NCBI GenBank assembly: GCA_022712785.1
Contig: JAFLJX010000213.1
Location: 1-40,081, forward strand
DNA from: Mycoplasmatota bacterium
GTDB taxonomy: Bacteria; Bacillota_I; Bacilli_A; Izemoplasmatales; Izemoplasmataceae
DNA: 40,081 nucleotides
Direction of reading: 5' to 3'
The number at the start of each line of letters is the position of its first letter. Positions within the stretch are counted from its first letter, which is position 1. Of this stretch, positions 19,701-29,492 are shown piece by piece. Made by a program: the position numbers and the translations under genes. Under the pieces are notes generated by a model. That model was not told the DNA's origin. It worked only from the letters and a program-made list of their open reading frames with translations, and did not search any database.

Positions 19701-20168
19701 TAATTGTTTGGGTAAAGTGTCTAAATCTAATACATCACCCTTTGAAAGTCTTAGTATAGCGTTTTCCCACATAGAAATCGGTAATTGATACTTTAGTAAT
19801 CCTGTGGTGTTTGTCACCACTATACTTTTCTTTTTTTCTATTATCTGTTTAATTGTATTTATTCTTTCAAACTTAAATTCCTTACTCATTGCGAGCATTT
19901 CTGTAGTAATAAATTCATCTTGAGGATAAAATGACAAGTTGTCTTCTTCTAATATTTCAGATAGACTATCATATACCTTTTGTGCTTTATATAAATTAGG
20001 AGTAACTATTAATATTGATTCAGTCCCTTTTTTAAACAAATATGTCAACAGTAAAAGACTAATATTGTCATTCGTATTAGTAATATATAGTTCATCATTT
20101 GCTAAATATTTCTTTAATAAAGTACCAAAGTAAGGGGTTTCCCCTAAGTAATTAAATATTTTGTTCAT
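16713..20168 (-). CDS. mfd: Transcription-repair coupling factor.
   Basis: ~1150 aa with the CarD-like segment (GDHIVHYDHGIGRF), the superfamily-2 helicase motifs GDVGYGKTEVA, DEEQRFG and SATPIPRT, and a TRG-type C-terminus. The start is set to ATG 20168 (MNKIF), which has GGAG 9 nt upstream. Confidence 0.95.
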   Translation of the reverse strand: MNKIFNYLGETPYFGTLLKKYLANDELYITNTNDNISLLLLTYLFKKGTESILIVTPNLYKAQKVYDSLSEILEEDNLSFYPQDEFITTEMLAMSKEFKFERINTIKQIIEKKKSIVVTNTTGLLKYQLPISMWENAILRLSKGDVLDLDTLPKQLISYGYKRELSVEKQGEFSLRGSILDIYPLNSENPIRIDFFDDEVDSIRYFDINTQRSNIKTTNVDIYPLYEFFYTDEELSIIKDKINLKIKNNSFNDDTLTRIQNDLENLENHNDIEKLSRYISILVDKPETIVDYLGNKTVVYWDHKKIKDNYSEIVRDITDWYENTEDYPKVGFDLIKDFNYIYNGKSLYLDVFGDSKISTKSNVINVRAKETTLYNNNIHMAISDFKKYDKYTTLIVAFNNDKNLKQFVNLIDEKINYSIIGRNDQIQKKRVNLIVEENAVSFELFDINTILLNEDNLFKRKELKKARYKSSIKDTKKLTNVEELKKGDHIVHYDHGIGRFLGVITMTLGKNTNDYIHIAYKGDDSLYIPIENIKLIQKFVGSEGLNPRLNKLGGAEWAKTKQKVRKKIKDIADKLIKLYAAREEAKGFAFSKDTDLQIEFEADFPYQETVDQLSSIEDIKKDMESSMPMDRLLCGDVGYGKTEVAIRAAFKAVLDNKQVAYLAPTTVLTRQHYHTFKDRLDKHGIKVELLNRFITKSKQKKILEQIKLGNVDIIIGTHRILSKDIAFSDLGLLIIDEEQRFGVEHKEKIKEIKVNIDVLSLSATPIPRTLQMAIMGVKSMSLLETPPANRYPIQTYVLERNDTITRDAIYRELARDGQVFYLYNKVEDINLVANKIQRLVPEARVCFAHGKMSRIKLENVIESFLDKEYDVLVSTTIIETGIDIPNANTLLIHDSDRLGLSQLYQIRGRVGRSDRIAYSYLMYAKNKQLTEEAIKRLKVIKEFTELGSGFKIAIRDLSIRGAGDILGSEQSGFMDSIGIDLYLGMLKDEIAIQRGEKVDPEEIPQVPTIKVQVNKFIDDNYVKNDFIKIEIHRKIANIQSKEDINSLIDELKDRFGIPSKEVILYMYEKLFEHLAMKHGIEKIRETKNNISFIISKEKSQNINGEYLFMKANDISKFIRFTYRLDKLNIIIDTIKLDKHYLFYIVELLEIM

Positions 20169-20190
20169 TATATCAACTCCACGCACTGAT

Positions 20191-20226
20191 AGCGAATCCC
20201 TTAATTGAGTAGGGGTTCGCTTTTTT
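20191..20226 (+). terminator. Terminator-like hairpin that is stable only in the plus-strand reading, located in the mfd 5' region.
   Basis: AGCGAATCCC / 11-nt loop / GGGGTTCGCT form a 10-bp stem with one G-U pair, then T6 on the plus strand. On the minus strand the wobble becomes a C-A mismatch and no T-tract follows. Confidence 0.4.
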
Positions 20227-20261
20227 ATAAAGATATCTTATCATATGGATTATATTTAAGC

Positions 20262-20285
20262 AAACAAAAAAGCCAATGCTGGCTT
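20262..20285 (-). terminator. Intrinsic terminator after the small membrane-protein gene.
   Basis: On the minus strand, AAGCCA / GCAT / TGGCTT followed by TTTTGTTTG. Confidence 0.55.
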
Positions 20286-20302
20286 CTTAAATGTTTTTTT
20301 AT

Positions 20303-20470
20303 TTAAAAGTTCAATCCACCAAATCCCCATATTAGAATACTTACAATTCCTAAAAATCCAAATAATCTGGCATCTTTTCTTGGATTATGAAAGAAGAATA
20401 AAAGGATTCCAACTATTGGTATAAATAGGCTAACTAAGGCTAATACTAATCTTCTGTTTTCTTTAGACAT
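20303..20470 (-). CDS. Small hydrophobic protein, 55 aa, two predicted TM helices. It is absent from the ORF track (below the length cutoff).
   Basis: My own translation: MSKENRRLVLALVSLFIPIVGILLFFFHNPRKDARLFGFLGIVSILIWGFGGLNF*. AAGGAGG lies 6 nt upstream of the ATG, and the gene has its own terminator. Confidence 0.55.
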   Translation of the reverse strand: MSKENRRLVLALVSLFIPIVGILLFFFHNPRKDARLFGFLGIVSILIWGFGGLNF

Positions 20471-20521
20471 AATTACCTCCTTGCTTTTTATTTATTATAT
20501 CATGTATGAATAATAAATAAA

Positions 20522-20542
20522 ATAAAAAAGCCTTAAAGGCTT
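20522..20542 (-). terminator. Intrinsic terminator overlapping the pth stop codon.
   Basis: On the minus strand, AAGCCT / TTA / AGGCTT followed by TTTTTATTTT. Confidence 0.55.
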
Positions 20543-21089
20543 AGTTATATTTTGTCATTATATGTTTAAATTCCATATCATTACTGAAATCTTCAATGAT
20601 ATCAGTTATTTTACTATATATTGGATCTATAATTTCAATTTCTTTTTTGCTAAAGCTACTTAGAACATAGTTTTTTGTTTCTACTAATGGGTTTTTATCA
20701 ATTCCCACTCTTACTCTTTTAAACTCTTCAGTTTTTAAATGGCTAATAATAGATTTAATCCCATTATGCCCGCCTGCGCTACCTTTTTCTCTTAATCTTG
20801 TTTTACCAAGAGGAAGATCTAAATCATCATAAATTACTAATACATCTTTAATTTCAATATCGTAATAATCAATAACTGCTTTAATACTTATACCTGAATT
20901 ATTCATAAAAGTGTGTGGTTGTAATAATATCAAATCCCCTACTTTAAGAGATTTACCATTAAATTTTCTTTCTTTTTTTAATTTAAGACTATGAGTTTTT
21001 GAATATCGATCAATACTAATGAACCCAATGTTGTGCTTAGTTTTAGAATACTTTTTTCCTGGGTTTCCTAATCCTACAACTAACTTCAT
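20541..21089 (-). CDS. pth: Peptidyl-tRNA hydrolase.
   Basis: MKLVVGLGNPGKKYSKTKHNIGF N-terminus, GGHNG motif; 182 aa. Confidence 0.95.
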   Translation of the reverse strand: MKLVVGLGNPGKKYSKTKHNIGFISIDRYSKTHSLKLKKERKFNGKSLKVGDLILLQPHTFMNNSGISIKAVIDYYDIEIKDVLVIYDDLDLPLGKTRLREKGSAGGHNGIKSIISHLKTEEFKRVRVGIDKNPLVETKNYVLSSFSKKEIEIIDPIYSKITDIIEDFSNDMEFKHIMTKYN

Positions 21090-21090
21090 T

Positions 21091-21705
21091 TTATCTCCTC
21101 TTTGGTTTAATTACTAAGTGTCTTCCGTGTCCTTCACCTTCAGAAACTGTTCTTACATCTCGCCAATCAGAAAGTTTTGTGTGAATAATTCTTCTTTCAT
21201 AAGCATTCATTGGTTCTAATTTAGCTTCAATTCTTGATCTAGCAACCTCTTTAGCCGTTTTAGTAGCAAGAATTTCTAATTGTCTTTTACGGTTTTCTTT
21301 ATATCCACCTATATCAACTAATACTATTAATCTTTCAGCACTGTAAGAATTAACTATATTTCTTATATAGAATTGAATATTTTCCAAAGTTTTACCATTT
21401 TTACCAATAAGTAGTGGGTTTTCAGATGAATTAATCTGATAAGATATTTCAATATCATTTCGTCTTTTCATTTCAATTTGAGTTTCTATTTCCATATTTT
21501 GAAATAGTTCAACAAGAGTATTATATCCCATTTCAGCTGGGTCAACATTTACAGATGCCTCAACTAGGTTGTTCATTTTAAGTTTCAGCATACTTTTTTT
21601 CTCTAAAACTACAATATCAATAAATTCTTTTTTTATTCTTAATTCTTTAGAAGCATAATCTAAAGCTTCATCTAAATTTTTAATTTCAAATTGGAGTTTT
21701 TTCAT
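21091..21705 (-). CDS. khpB: Jag/KhpB RNA-binding protein (Jag_N, KH and R3H domains).
   Basis: KH-like LIGKNGKTLENIQ and the R3H segment MNAYERRIIHTKL. It occupies the conserved position after yidC. Confidence 0.85.
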   Translation of the reverse strand: MKKLQFEIKNLDEALDYASKELRIKKEFIDIVVLEKKSMLKLKMNNLVEASVNVDPAEMGYNTLVELFQNMEIETQIEMKRRNDIEISYQINSSENPLLIGKNGKTLENIQFYIRNIVNSYSAERLIVLVDIGGYKENRKRQLEILATKTAKEVARSRIEAKLEPMNAYERRIIHTKLSDWRDVRTVSEGEGHGRHLVIKPKRR

Positions 21706-21716
21706 ATTTATACCTC

Positions 21717-22586
21717 CTAGTACTTGTCTTGAGTCTGTTGCATTTTTTTATATGTAGATCTTCTATTCATATAAGTTTGTAAGAATTGATATGCATTACC
21801 AACTACCCAATAAAGAGCTATACCAGCATTTTGAATAGCAATACTCACTAACATAATAACCATGAAATAAGACATCATTTTCATAGTTTTTTCGGACTGT
21901 TGAGCTTTGTCTGATTTGAATTTTTTGTTTTGTAAGTAGTCTGGTTTTTTCATTGAATAACGTTGATAGAAAAACATTAATGCCCCAACTAATACAGGCA
22001 AAATGTATAGTGGATCTGGTCCGCCTAAATCTTTTATCCATAAAAACGAGAAATTAAGATCAGTATAATTTTTTACTCCTGCAGTTACAACTCCATCAAT
22101 CATACCATCACTTAGTGGTACTCTTCTAACTACTTGATACATAGCTATAAATATTGGCATTTGTAAGAATGGAAGTAAACATCCTAGTGGGTTAATTCCA
22201 TAATTTTTATAAATTGCCATTGTTTCAGCTTGCATTTTCTTTTGCGATGCTTCGTCTGATTTACCTTGGTATTTTTCTTTCAATTTATCTAATTCAGGTT
22301 GAGCTCTTTGCATATTTGTTGTTAGTGCATTACTCTTTGCATAAATTGGCCACCCAATTGTTCTAACTAATAGTGTAACAATTATTAACCCAACAAAATA
22401 GTATCCTCCACCTAAATTACTAACCCAATAAGTTAGGTCTGATATTTGTTCAATACCCCACTGTAGCCAACCCCAACCTCCTGGAGCTCCTACTGGTGAT
22501 GTGTAAGTGTCTGTTTTACAACCACTTAACATTATTACTAATACAGCTGTAAGTACTAATAATTGTAATCTTGTTGTATTCTTCAT
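21717..22586 (-). CDS. yidC: YidC/SpoIIIJ membrane protein insertase (lipoprotein form).
   Basis: Lipobox VIMLSGC at the N-terminus. The YidC core motifs GWPIYAKS...QPELDKLKEKY...NPLGCLLPFLQMPIF are present, and it follows rnpA. Confidence 0.9.
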   Translation of the reverse strand: MKNTTRLQLLVLTAVLVIMLSGCKTDTYTSPVGAPGGWGWLQWGIEQISDLTYWVSNLGGGYYFVGLIIVTLLVRTIGWPIYAKSNALTTNMQRAQPELDKLKEKYQGKSDEASQKKMQAETMAIYKNYGINPLGCLLPFLQMPIFIAMYQVVRRVPLSDGMIDGVVTAGVKNYTDLNFSFLWIKDLGGPDPLYILPVLVGALMFFYQRYSMKKPDYLQNKKFKSDKAQQSEKTMKMMSYFMVIMLVSIAIQNAGIALYWVVGNAYQFLQTYMNRRSTYKKMQQTQDKY

Positions 22587-22924
22587 TCTTTCACCTCTAA
22601 AATGTTTAATTTTTTAACCAATGATTTAATTAAATCCTTGCTTTCATTAAAACTAAGAGTGTTAGCTTTATTTCTAACAACAATAAATAAATCATATTTA
22701 TCCATAATATCCATTTTAGATATTATTTCTCTGACTTGCCTCTTGATTTTATTTCTATAAACAGCATTACCGTATTTCTTAGAAACACTTACAGCAAAAC
22801 GAAAATGAGTATTCTCATGGTTTTTATTTTTATATATAACAAAGTGCCCATTGGCTTTACTTTGTTTTATTCTCATAATCTTTTCTATTTCGCTGCTTTT
22901 CTTAACTCTGTATTCTTTTTTCAT
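22583..22924 (-). CDS. rnpA: Ribonuclease P protein component.
   Basis: A basic ~113-aa protein (KKYGNAVYRNKIKRQVRE RNR-type motif) directly downstream of rpmH. The start is set to ATG 22924 (AGGTGA upstream), because the longer ORF start lies inside the rpmH terminator hairpin. Confidence 0.88.
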   Translation of the reverse strand: MKKEYRVKKSSEIEKIMRIKQSKANGHFVIYKNKNHENTHFRFAVSVSKKYGNAVYRNKIKRQVREIISKMDIMDKYDLFIVVRNKANTLSFNESKDLIKSLVKKLNILEVKE

Positions 22925-22940
22925 AAAATCACCTACTAAA

Positions 22941-22979
22941 ATAAAAATCACCTAAAAAAGTATTATATTTTTCAGGTGA
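22941..22979 (-). terminator. Hairpin plus T-tract between rpmH and rnpA (partial terminator/attenuator).
   Basis: On the minus strand, TCACCTGAAAAA / 8-nt loop / TTTTTTAGGTGA form a 12-bp stem (1 G-U pair), followed by TTTTTATTTT. Confidence 0.5.
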
Positions 22980-23022
22980 GTTCAAGTTTATATATAATAT
23001 TGGTTTTCCGTGTTGTTTAAGA

Positions 23023-23169
23023 CTATTCGTCAGAAACAGTAAGTTTTTTGCGGCCTTTTGCTCTTCTTCTTGCTAATACTCTTCTGCCAGTTGGAGAAGC
23101 CATTCTTGACATAAATCCGTGAGTCTTAGCTCTTTTACGTTTATTTGGTTGATATGTTCTTTTTGGCAT
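23023..23169 (-). CDS. rpmH: 50S ribosomal protein L34. It is absent from the ORF track (48 aa).
   Basis: My own translation: [57 protein letters not shown]. Confidence 0.95.
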   Translation of the reverse strand: MPKRTYQPNKRKRAKTHGFMSRMASPTGRRVLARRRAKGRKKLTVSDE

Positions 23170-23284
23170 ATTCAACACCTCCTACATCTAATGTATAAAA
23201 CCATGCTACACAATTATATATGCGATAAAGTGTAGTGTCAATAGTAATGTTAAAAAAATAATTTTGTTTAAAAATAAAAAAAAG

Positions 23285-23549
23285 TTATCCACACTCGTTT
23301 TTGGGTTTATTTCGTGTTATTTAGTGGGTATTATGTGCGTATGTGAATAATGTGGATTACGCTATTGTGGATTTGTTTATATCCTACTTATATCCCTTAT
23401 CTGGGCTGTATAACAAAATGTGGATAACATGTAAAACCGGTTACATAAATTTAATTATCCACATTTTAGGTGGAGAACTTTTCATTTTATACACATACTT
23501 TTTATGGTATATTTTTTAGTGGATAGACAGAGGTGAAATTAGTGGATAA
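23285..23549. promoter_or_regulatory. oriC upstream DnaA-box cluster (also the dnaA promoter region).
   Basis: Perfect TTATCCACA at 23285-23293 (+), 23419-23427 (-) and 23455-23463 (+). One-mismatch boxes at 23342-23350 (-), 23351-23359 (-), 23487-23495 (+) and 23541-23549 (-). Confidence 0.88.
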
Positions 23550-24915
23550 TTACAATAAAATATGGGATGAAATTAAGAATGATTTAGAAAATGACTTAGA
23601 TGATTTAGTATATACTGATATTTTTGCTCCAGTAAATACTGTTTTTAAGGTTGTTAATAATTATATATATATTGTTGCCCCTAACGACTTTGTAAAAAAG
23701 AGAATTGAAATGCTTTATTTACAAAGGTTAGATAGATATTTAGAAAACAAATTTGATGAAGTATACAAGTTTAGAATCATGACTGCGGATCAAGCTGATA
23801 AAGAATTATCAGATTCCAAAGACTTTTCAATCGTAGATGCTGAACCTAATTTAAAAGACAAATATCTTCAAGGAAATTTAAATGCAAGTTATAATTTTGA
23901 TAGTTTTGTAGTTGGTAATTCTAATAGATTGGCTTATACAAGTGCAATAAAGGTTGCTGATCAACCCGGTGTTGTAGCAAATCCCTTATACATCTTTGGT
24001 GATGTAGGTCTTGGGAAAACGCATTTAATGCAGTGTGTAGGTAATTATATATTAGAAGGAGACATGAAAAAGAAAGTTTTATATGTTAAAACTGATCAAT
24101 TTGTAGAAGAATTCGTTAGATCAGCTAGTAAAAACAAGTTTGATGAATTTAAAGTGAAATATCATGATGTAGATGTTTTATTAATAGATGATATTCAATT
24201 TTTAGCTAAAAAAGAAAAATCACAAATTGAATTCTTTAAATTATTTGAAGCTTTACATGGTACACAAAAACAAATTGTTGTTACTTCAGATAGATCTGCT
24301 CATGAATTAAAAGACATAATGTCACGATTAACATCTAGATTTGAATGGGGTGTTACAGTAGATATTAATCGTCCAGATTTAGATCACAGAATAAAGATTT
24401 TAAAGAAAAAGTTAATGGCTGAAACTTCAGATTCATCTATGATTCCAAACGGAGTTTTAGAATATATTGCAAGTGTGTTTGATAACAACGTTAGAGAATT
24501 GGAAGGTGCATTAAAAAGAGTGTTATTTTATTGTACTGCTTTTAACCTAGATTTCAATGTAAAAAATGCAGAACTATCACTGGAAAGTCTTGTTAAACCG
24601 CGCTCTAGCGATAAATTCTTAAATGAAAATAAAATTAAAAATGTATTAAGTCTTGTAAGTGACTATTATAGAATTTCAACCATAGATTTAATATCAAAAA
24701 AACGAACGAGAAAATATGTTTTTCCAAGACAAATTGCTATGTATTTAATTAAAACTATTTACGATTTACCATATAAAAAAATTGGAACATACTTTAACAA
24801 TAGAGATCATTCAACTGTAATGCATTCTGTTGAAAAAATTACTAATGAAATAGAGATGGATATAAATGTTAAAAATGATGTGGAAAAATTAAAGGTAAAA
24901 TGTGGAGAAAACTAA
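23533..24915 (+). CDS. dnaA: Chromosomal replication initiator protein DnaA.
   Basis: AAA+ Walker A GDVGLGKTHL, Walker B LLIDDIQF, and the C-terminal DNA-binding helix RQIAMYL...DHSTVMH. The true start is probably GTG 23542 (GAGGTGA 6 nt upstream) rather than GTG 23533. Confidence 0.95.
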   Translation: MKLVDNYNKIWDEIKNDLENDLDDLVYTDIFAPVNTVFKVVNNYIYIVAPNDFVKKRIEMLYLQRLDRYLENKFDEVYKFRIMTADQADKELSDSKDFSIVDAEPNLKDKYLQGNLNASYNFDSFVVGNSNRLAYTSAIKVADQPGVVANPLYIFGDVGLGKTHLMQCVGNYILEGDMKKKVLYVKTDQFVEEFVRSASKNKFDEFKVKYHDVDVLLIDDIQFLAKKEKSQIEFFKLFEALHGTQKQIVVTSDRSAHELKDIMSRLTSRFEWGVTVDINRPDLDHRIKILKKKLMAETSDSSMIPNGVLEYIASVFDNNVRELEGALKRVLFYCTAFNLDFNVKNAELSLESLVKPRSSDKFLNENKIKNVLSLVSDYYRISTIDLISKKRTRKYVFPRQIAMYLIKTIYDLPYKKIGTYFNNRDHSTVMHSVEKITNEIEMDINVKNDVEKLKVKCGEN

Positions 24916-24970
24916 AAATAATTATGATAAAAACCTATTTATATGGTATAATAAAGGCTAGTTTTAAAAA

Positions 24971-25030
24971 GTTTCCACATTTCCACACGACACTAATAAT
25001 AATAATAAATAAAAAGATAAATTATATAGG
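24971..25030. promoter_or_regulatory. oriC downstream element: two tandem degenerate DnaA boxes, a GC-rich spacer, a TAA trinucleotide run and an AT-rich tract (candidate unwinding region).
   Basis: GTTTCCACA (24971-24979) and ATTTCCACA (24979-24987), then CGACAC, then TAA x5 (24994-25008), then ATAAAAAGATAAATTATATA. Confidence 0.6.
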
Positions 25031-25039
25031 GGTGATTTT

Positions 25040-26164
25040 ATGAATTTTCAAATAAATAAAGACATTTTACTTAACAGTTTGATTACGGCTCAAAAAGCAT
25101 TATCAAACAAAACACCTAATCCAGCTTTACAAGGAATAAAACTAGAAGTTTTAAGCGATCATTTAATTATTACTACAAGTAACTCTGATATAGCTATTAA
25201 ATTAATAGTTAAAGATAATAACTTAAATATCAAAGAACAAGGTTCGATTCTTATTCCTGGTAAATATTTCATTGAAATTATAAGAAAACTTGATGGACTC
25301 AAAGTTTCTTTATCTTTAGTAGCTGACAATATGTTAAGAATAGAAGCTGACAGATCGGATATTACATTAAATATGATGGATATAAATGATTATCCAGAAT
25401 TAGAATTTAGTGAAAAAGTTAAATCTGTTAAGATTAATGTTCGTACTTTAAAAACAATAATTAGACAAACAGCTTTTGCAACATCTTCTATTGAAAACAG
25501 ACCTATATTAACAGGTGTTAATTTTAAAATTGATGGAAACAAATTAACAGCAATAGCTACAGATAGCTACAGGTTATCCATGAAAGTTATAGAGTTAACC
25601 GAAGTATATGAGCCATTAAACATAATTATTCCTGGGAAAAGTTTAGACGAGTTATTGAAAGTTTTAGAAAATAATAACGATATTGTAGAATTACATTTTG
25701 ATAATTCAAAAATATTATTTAAATATGGGAATTTATTATTTCAATCTAGATTACTAGAAGGTAATTATCCAGAAACTTCAAAATTAGTTCCAACAGAATT
25801 TCCAATTATTATTAAGTTCAATAAAGAAACTTTATCAACAGCTATCGAAAGAGCAAGTTTATTGTCTAGTAGAGATGGAAACAATTCAATTGTAAAACTT
25901 CAACTAAAATCAGATAACATCGTTGAAATTACGTCTAACAGCCCTGAAATTGGTAAAGTGTTAGAAGAAGTCTATCCAGTAGACGAAATAGTAGGGACAA
26001 CAATTAAGATAGCTTTTAGCTCAAAATACATACTAGAAGCACTAAAAATATTTAATTCAAGTGAAGTATCAATTAACTTTACTGGTGAAATCAGACCGTT
26101 TATAATTAAAGGTGCATACGACGAAGATATGATCCAATTAATTTTACCTGTTAGAACCGAATAA
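25040..26164 (+). CDS. dnaN: DNA polymerase III beta sliding clamp.
   Basis: 374 aa in the conserved position after dnaA. It has the TATDSYRL motif and a C-terminal LILPVR. Confidence 0.95.
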   Translation: MNFQINKDILLNSLITAQKALSNKTPNPALQGIKLEVLSDHLIITTSNSDIAIKLIVKDNNLNIKEQGSILIPGKYFIEIIRKLDGLKVSLSLVADNMLRIEADRSDITLNMMDINDYPELEFSEKVKSVKINVRTLKTIIRQTAFATSSIENRPILTGVNFKIDGNKLTAIATDSYRLSMKVIELTEVYEPLNIIIPGKSLDELLKVLENNNDIVELHFDNSKILFKYGNLLFQSRLLEGNYPETSKLVPTEFPIIIKFNKETLSTAIERASLLSSRDGNNSIVKLQLKSDNIVEITSNSPEIGKVLEEVYPVDEIVGTTIKIAFSSKYILEALKIFNSSEVSINFTGEIRPFIIKGAYDEDMIQLILPVRTE

Positions 26165-26168
26165 AAAC

Positions 26169-26192
26169 AAAGTCCTTAGGGGCTTTTTTTTT
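26169..26192 (+). terminator. Weak intrinsic terminator after dnaN.
   Basis: AAAGTCC / TTAG / GGGCTTT stem (one G-U pair) followed by a T-run. Confidence 0.45.
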
Positions 26193-26272
26193 CTGATTTT
26201 GTACTGTTTTTTCTTGTATATTATGTTGATATATTATATACTATATATAAATAATAATATATATGAAAGACA

Positions 26273-26494
26273 GTGGAGATTATGGAGAGAGTAAAAATAA
26301 ATAGTGAATATATAACTTTAGGACAGTTTTTAAAGTATGTAAACATAGTATCTTCAGGTGGAATGGTGAAAGCTATTTTACAAGACACAAAAATCCATGT
26401 AAATGATATTTTAGAAGCAAGAAGAGGAAAAAAACTATATCCCGGTGACAAAATAGTTATTAAAGGTCATGGAGATTATAGGATTATCAAATAA
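26273..26494 (+). CDS. yaaA: S4-domain RNA-binding protein YaaA.
   Basis: ~70 aa (ITLGQFLK...GG.AK.....V.VNG..E.RRGKKL..GD). It sits in the conserved dnaN-yaaA-recF position. The start could be GTG 26273 or ATG 26282. Confidence 0.8.
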   Translation: MEIMERVKINSEYITLGQFLKYVNIVSSGGMVKAILQDTKIHVNDILEARRGKKLYPGDKIVIKGHGDYRIIK

Positions 26495-29480
<2,986 letters not shown>

Positions 29481-29492
29481 GAGTTGATGAAA

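Noticed and set aside
21796-22041. 81-aa same-strand alternative-frame ORF inside yidC, and likewise 6473-6667 inside aroC.
   Set aside because: These are overprinted frames within conserved genes. They have no independent translation signals and no motif content.
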